DNA of 32,000 bases from Caldivirga maquilingensis IC-167 (GTDB lineage Archaea; Thermoproteota; Thermoprotei; Thermoproteales; Thermocladiaceae): NCBI RefSeq assembly GCF_000018305.1, contig NC_009954.1, forward strand, positions 120,001 through 152,000. Reading direction: 5' to 3'. The notes beneath the pieces are model-generated. The model was not told where the DNA came from and searched no databases. It was given only the letters and a program-made list of their open reading frames with translations. Positions within the stretch are counted from its first letter, which is position 1. Every line of letters begins with the position of its first letter. Positions 28,779-32,000 of the stretch are shown here, in pieces. Position numbers and translations under genes: made by a program.

Positions 28779-30192
28779 ACGGGTAGTAGCCATGGCAATA
28801 CTACTGGCCTTAGTCATGGTGCCTTCATCATTAGTCATCGTTAGTGATGTAATAAATACGTACAGGGGCAATATGAGGATTAGCACCACACAGCCGATTA
28901 AGGTAACGCCAGGCTCCTTCCTTTACCAAACACCATGCGGTCAACTCCTAATACAAAGCCAGTGGGCGCCAACTGGCACGGGCTTCAGCGGCTCCATGAA
29001 CCTACCCCTAATAACATTGAGCACAACTAATGGCTACAGGTTGATGATGACGCCAATACCCATGTTCTCACTCACCACATCAACAAGCGGCGTGTTAACC
29101 CTGGGAATAAACACCAACCCCTACATAGCCTCAGCATACCTAAACATAGGCGGAACCACACAGCAGGTATACCCAGGAACCGGCACATGGAGCCTAACCA
29201 CGGGCTCCTACACAGCAAACCTAACGGGACTCACACTAACCACCCCAGTCACGGGCACGGTAACACTAAGCGGTAATTACAACTTCACACCAACCACAGG
29301 CGTCACGTTCACGTACACCTTCACGGAAACCCTAAACCTAAAGCAGCCATCCTTCAACATAATGAACCTGTTAAACGGTTACCAGAACTGGTACGTGCCG
29401 CACGTGTACCAGGGCGATTATCAAGGCACCCGCACTTATCAATGGCCGGTTTATTACCCACTCAGCGCAGCACCACAGTACTGGGCACCAATATCCACGG
29501 GCATTAACCAACCAGTCCTAATGATGGTGCAGGCTCGGCAATGGTCCGCCGGCGCCATGTTCTGGAGTGAAGCCTACACCAGTGGTCAGTCAGTCACAAT
29601 AACAATACTGGGCACCTACTCCAGTGGCACATCAAACCCAGCGGATGGCTATGAATTCTACTTCTTCATAGTTCCAAATGGATGGGCCATATCCTCTTCT
29701 TCCAATTACTCAATACCTTACTCAGTATCCTCATCACAAATTGGTACTCAGGTATCACCTGTGCAGGGCGAGGTTATCCTACCCGTCTCTGTATATAATA
29801 CGTGGTACGTAGTGGTTCAGTGGGACCCGTACTGGCAGTACGGCTATACTGCGAGCGGTTATACTGGGCAGTGGAATGTCTGGGCTGTAAGCTATACCCC
29901 CTCCCGGCTAAGGATTAACTCGGTGAATGGTGTGGGCAGTGGTTACTTTAAGCCAAACCCAGGGGATTACATATGCGTTAGCGTCACGTATAATGCAACT
30001 ACGAACACCGTGAGCGGCATTGCCGTGGACCTAAACACGGGCGCCTACGCCATACTACCTCCCATAAACCTAGCTAGCTTTTCGAATTTTAAGCCGCCAA
30101 ACAGTGGTACCTACGTATTTGGCGTAGCTGGCAACACGGGAGGCGCCTATGCCAATTGGGCAATACTAGCCGTTAATTACACGGCGCGTTAG
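28765..30192 (+). CDS. Envelope operon gene 3: N-anchored Thr/Tyr-rich extracellular protein with a C-terminal legume-lectin-like (ConA-like jelly-roll) domain
   Basis: I prefer the ATG at 28765 (MKVSKRVVAMAILLALVMV...), which overlaps the end of gene 2 by 14 nt. The middle is Thr-rich and beta-rich. The C-terminal half carries four blocks in the L-type-lectin order: NPADGYEFYFFIVP, YVVVQWDPYW, ICVSVTYNATTNTVSGIAVDL and TYVFGVAGNTGGAYANWAIL. Confidence 0.7.
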   Translation: MKVSKRVVAMAILLALVMVPSSLVIVSDVINTYRGNMRISTTQPIKVTPGSFLYQTPCGQLLIQSQWAPTGTGFSGSMNLPLITLSTTNGYRLMMTPIPMFSLTTSTSGVLTLGINTNPYIASAYLNIGGTTQQVYPGTGTWSLTTGSYTANLTGLTLTTPVTGTVTLSGNYNFTPTTGVTFTYTFTETLNLKQPSFNIMNLLNGYQNWYVPHVYQGDYQGTRTYQWPVYYPLSAAPQYWAPISTGINQPVLMMVQARQWSAGAMFWSEAYTSGQSVTITILGTYSSGTSNPADGYEFYFFIVPNGWAISSSSNYSIPYSVSSSQIGTQVSPVQGEVILPVSVYNTWYVVVQWDPYWQYGYTASGYTGQWNVWAVSYTPSRLRINSVNGVGSGYFKPNPGDYICVSVTYNATTNTVSGIAVDLNTGAYAILPPINLASFSNFKPPNSGTYVFGVAGNTGGAYANWAILAVNYTAR

Positions 30193-30589
30193 GTACTCAG
30201 CAGATCCACTGTACATTACGGGTTAGTTAACCCTCAGCAGGCTTATCAACAGAAGTAATTACGTTAAGAACTCATTATTTATTCATACCTCGCTTTTCAG
30301 GCTAATTTCACACGCATTTTTCTACATCGTCATATTAGCCGTGGCAGCAGTACCCTCAACCATTGAGGATGAGGAAGTAAGGGGCTGCAGGTTCATGAAA
30401 CTAGGGATGGAGATTAAGGTTGAAAATAATACTTGCTAAACCTAGGTTTGGTTGACTATGAACTTTGGGCCACACTGCCTGCTGGGTCTTATGCTCCTAG
30501 GAATGCCTCAAGGACCAGGTAGCATTATGGTTATTGCAAGCATGTAACTAAATTCAGTACACCTGTGTTACCATGTTGTTTACTGGCCT

Positions 30590-30971
30590 GTGGACAACAC
30601 CACGGAACTATACATAAGTAGGGTGGATGCAAAGAGGGGTATTGCTAGGCTTATGGAATTCATGAACATAGAAATAACCGAAGTAATGAATAATGAGGGT
30701 AAGGCAGGATTCCATAGCAGGAATCTAGAGAGCATTATGAAGCTCAATATACCAATTAATACAGTGGGTGCCCAGGGACTTCATGAGAATAACCGTAAGG
30801 AGAGCCGAGGGACTGACCCTAGTTAATGATTAGGGGTTAGTGGAGCCTGGCGTTAGGGATGTTAGGGTTAATGTCATTATTCAGTTCATGAGATATGGCT
30901 TCGTTAAGAAGGTGAATACCGAGAGAATGAATGGTGGCAAGGTTGTTGAATTCATTTACATGCATAATTAA
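30590..30971 (+). pseudogene. gltX: Frameshifted, stop-interrupted fragment of a glutamyl-tRNA synthetase C-terminal region
   Basis: Frame A gives ELYISRVDAKRGIARLMEFMNIEITEV...AGFHSRNLESIMKLNIP. After a +1 shift the reading is LIQWVPRDFMRITVRRAEGLTLVND*GLVEPGVRDVRVNVIIQFMRYGFVKKV...EFIYMHN*. The RLM..N.EI, FHS, IQWVP and QF.RYGFV blocks follow the archaeal GluRS C-terminal order. No catalytic domain lies upstream. The 5' limit is uncertain. Confidence 0.65.
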
Positions 30972-31131
30972 TCCTTAATGTCCCTCAGGTGGAACCCTGT
31001 GGATAAGTACCTAAACAATAACCTGTAATGCATAATGGAGATTAGGGTTCCTGAATTCCTCACTAAGGGTATTTAGCTAACTCATCCATGGAGAAAATAT
31101 TATTAAATGCTATTTCAACAGTTAATGCATC

Positions 31132-32000
31132 ATGAGGATCTCTACAAGATCCTCAATGTTCCCGGGATCTAAGATAAGGGCTATTAATGAGGAGGTAGTT
31201 AGGCTTTCAAGCCGTGGTATTAAGATTTATGAGTTCCATATAGGGCAGCCGGGTTTACCACCAAGTAAGGACTTGCTTCTTGAGTTTACCAAGGAATTAC
31301 TTGAGAAACCCTTTGAGCTAAGCATGTACACGCCCAGTAGCGGCATTGATGAGTTGAGGGTCATGATTGCCAATGACTATAGTAAGTACTCTGGGGTCAA
31401 TGTTACGCCCAGCGATGTATCTGTCACGGCAGGGTCCGCAGAGGCACTACTTGCATTGTTCATGGCCGTAATAGATGAGGGTGATGAGGTTGTCCTCACG
31501 GACCCCACGTACTTAATGTACGAACCTGTAATTAGATTTCTTGGTGGCAAGGTTATTAAAGTAAGGGCCAGGGAGGAGCTGGGCTGGTTACCCAGTGAGG
31601 ATGATTTGAGGAGTGCCGTGGGCAGGAAAACTAAAGCCATAATCCTGGTTAATCCAGACAATCCCACGGGTAGGGTACTTGGTGAAAAGATCATTAAATT
31701 GGCTGTGGACTTGGCGAAGGACTATGATGCCTATGTGATCTACGATGAGGCATATAAGCATCTTTACTACGAGGGAAACCATACATATGCCCTTGGGCTT
31801 GATATGGAGCATGTGATTGCCGTAAATACCTTCTCCAAGGACCCCGCAATGCCTGGTTGGAGGCTCGGCTACGTGGTTACTCATGAGGAGTTTATCAAGG
31901 TTTTTAATAGGGTTAAGCAGTACACGAATCTAAACCCACCAACACCATCCCAGTACGCAGGGCTACTTTACTTAACTAAGTACAAGGAGAGGTACCTAAG
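31132..32000 (+). CDS. Class I/II PLP-dependent aminotransferase (aspartate aminotransferase-like), 3'-truncated by the window edge
   Basis: The frame is open from ATG 31132 to the window end, so it is absent from the ORF track. Motifs are VNPDNPTG, YDEAY and NTFSKDPAMPGWRLGY (PLP-lysine region). A TATA-like aaatattattaaatg lies about 25 nt upstream. Confidence 0.85.
   Translation, partial: MRISTRSSMFPGSKIRAINEEVVRLSSRGIKIYEFHIGQPGLPPSKDLLLEFTKELLEKPFELSMYTPSSGIDELRVMIANDYSKYSGVNVTPSDVSVTAGSAEALLALFMAVIDEGDEVVLTDPTYLMYEPVIRFLGGKVIKVRAREELGWLPSEDDLRSAVGRKTKAIILVNPDNPTGRVLGEKIIKLAVDLAKDYDAYVIYDEAYKHLYYEGNHTYALGLDMEHVIAVNTFSKDPAMPGWRLGYVVTHEEFIKVFNRVKQYTNLNPPTPSQYAGLLYLTKYKERYL

Noticed and set aside
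31377-31884. Two minus-strand ORFs (105 aa and 98 aa) near the right edge
   Set aside because: They are antisense to a clear aminotransferase reading frame (31132 to the window end). That frame is missing from the track only because it has no stop codon within the window.

Overview
The window looks like a crenarchaeal chromosome of Thermoproteales type (Caldivirga/Vulcanisaeta-like). Coding DNA is AT-rich, the rRNA operon is strongly GC-rich, and most genes have a TATA box about 25-30 nt upstream of the ATG, so they appear leaderless. No tRNA, CRISPR array, cas gene, integrase or transposase was recognised.

Layout, left to right:
- 1-5763, minus strand: a DUF422-like membrane protein (partial), a mannoside pair (GH130-like and GH38 alpha-mannosidase), and a HAD hydrolase.
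- 5803-10908, minus strand: a 16S-23S rRNA operon with no spacer tRNA. Both bulge-helix-bulge (BHB) processing stems are readable. The 16S carries two small introns (140 nt and 37 nt) at about E. coli positions 908 and 901. The 23S carries a 192-nt AT-rich insertion in domain I. A perfect 19-bp leader/trailer complementarity encloses the whole operon. Several peptidyl-transferase-centre (PTC) and A-loop positions are non-consensus.
- 11088-20050, housekeeping block: a tandem-fused MoaC, a hypothetical protein, a polytopic membrane protein, a type IA topoisomerase, a Pro/Gln-rich membrane protein, an ArsR-like regulator, MBF1, an M20 peptidase and a creatininase-family protein.
- 20.0-31.0 kb, accessory-looking region:
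  - A 5.8-kb segment is bracketed by a 23-nt perfect direct repeat. The repeat sits in the 5' end of the creatininase gene and in a decayed copy of that end.
  - Its cargo is a beta-lactamase-family hydrolase, a 565-aa glycoprotein, a coiled-coil protein and a membrane protein.
  - Next come a YjjX-type NTPase gene and a 770-bp AT-rich non-coding gap.
  - Next is a translationally coupled three-gene operon of orphan envelope proteins. The last protein ends in a legume-lectin-like domain.
  - The region closes with a frameshifted GluRS C-terminal fragment.
- 31132-32000: a class I/II aminotransferase, running off the window edge.

The best candidate for an undescribed system is the 27208-30192 envelope operon. 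It shares an N-terminal anchor motif with the 22095 gene.
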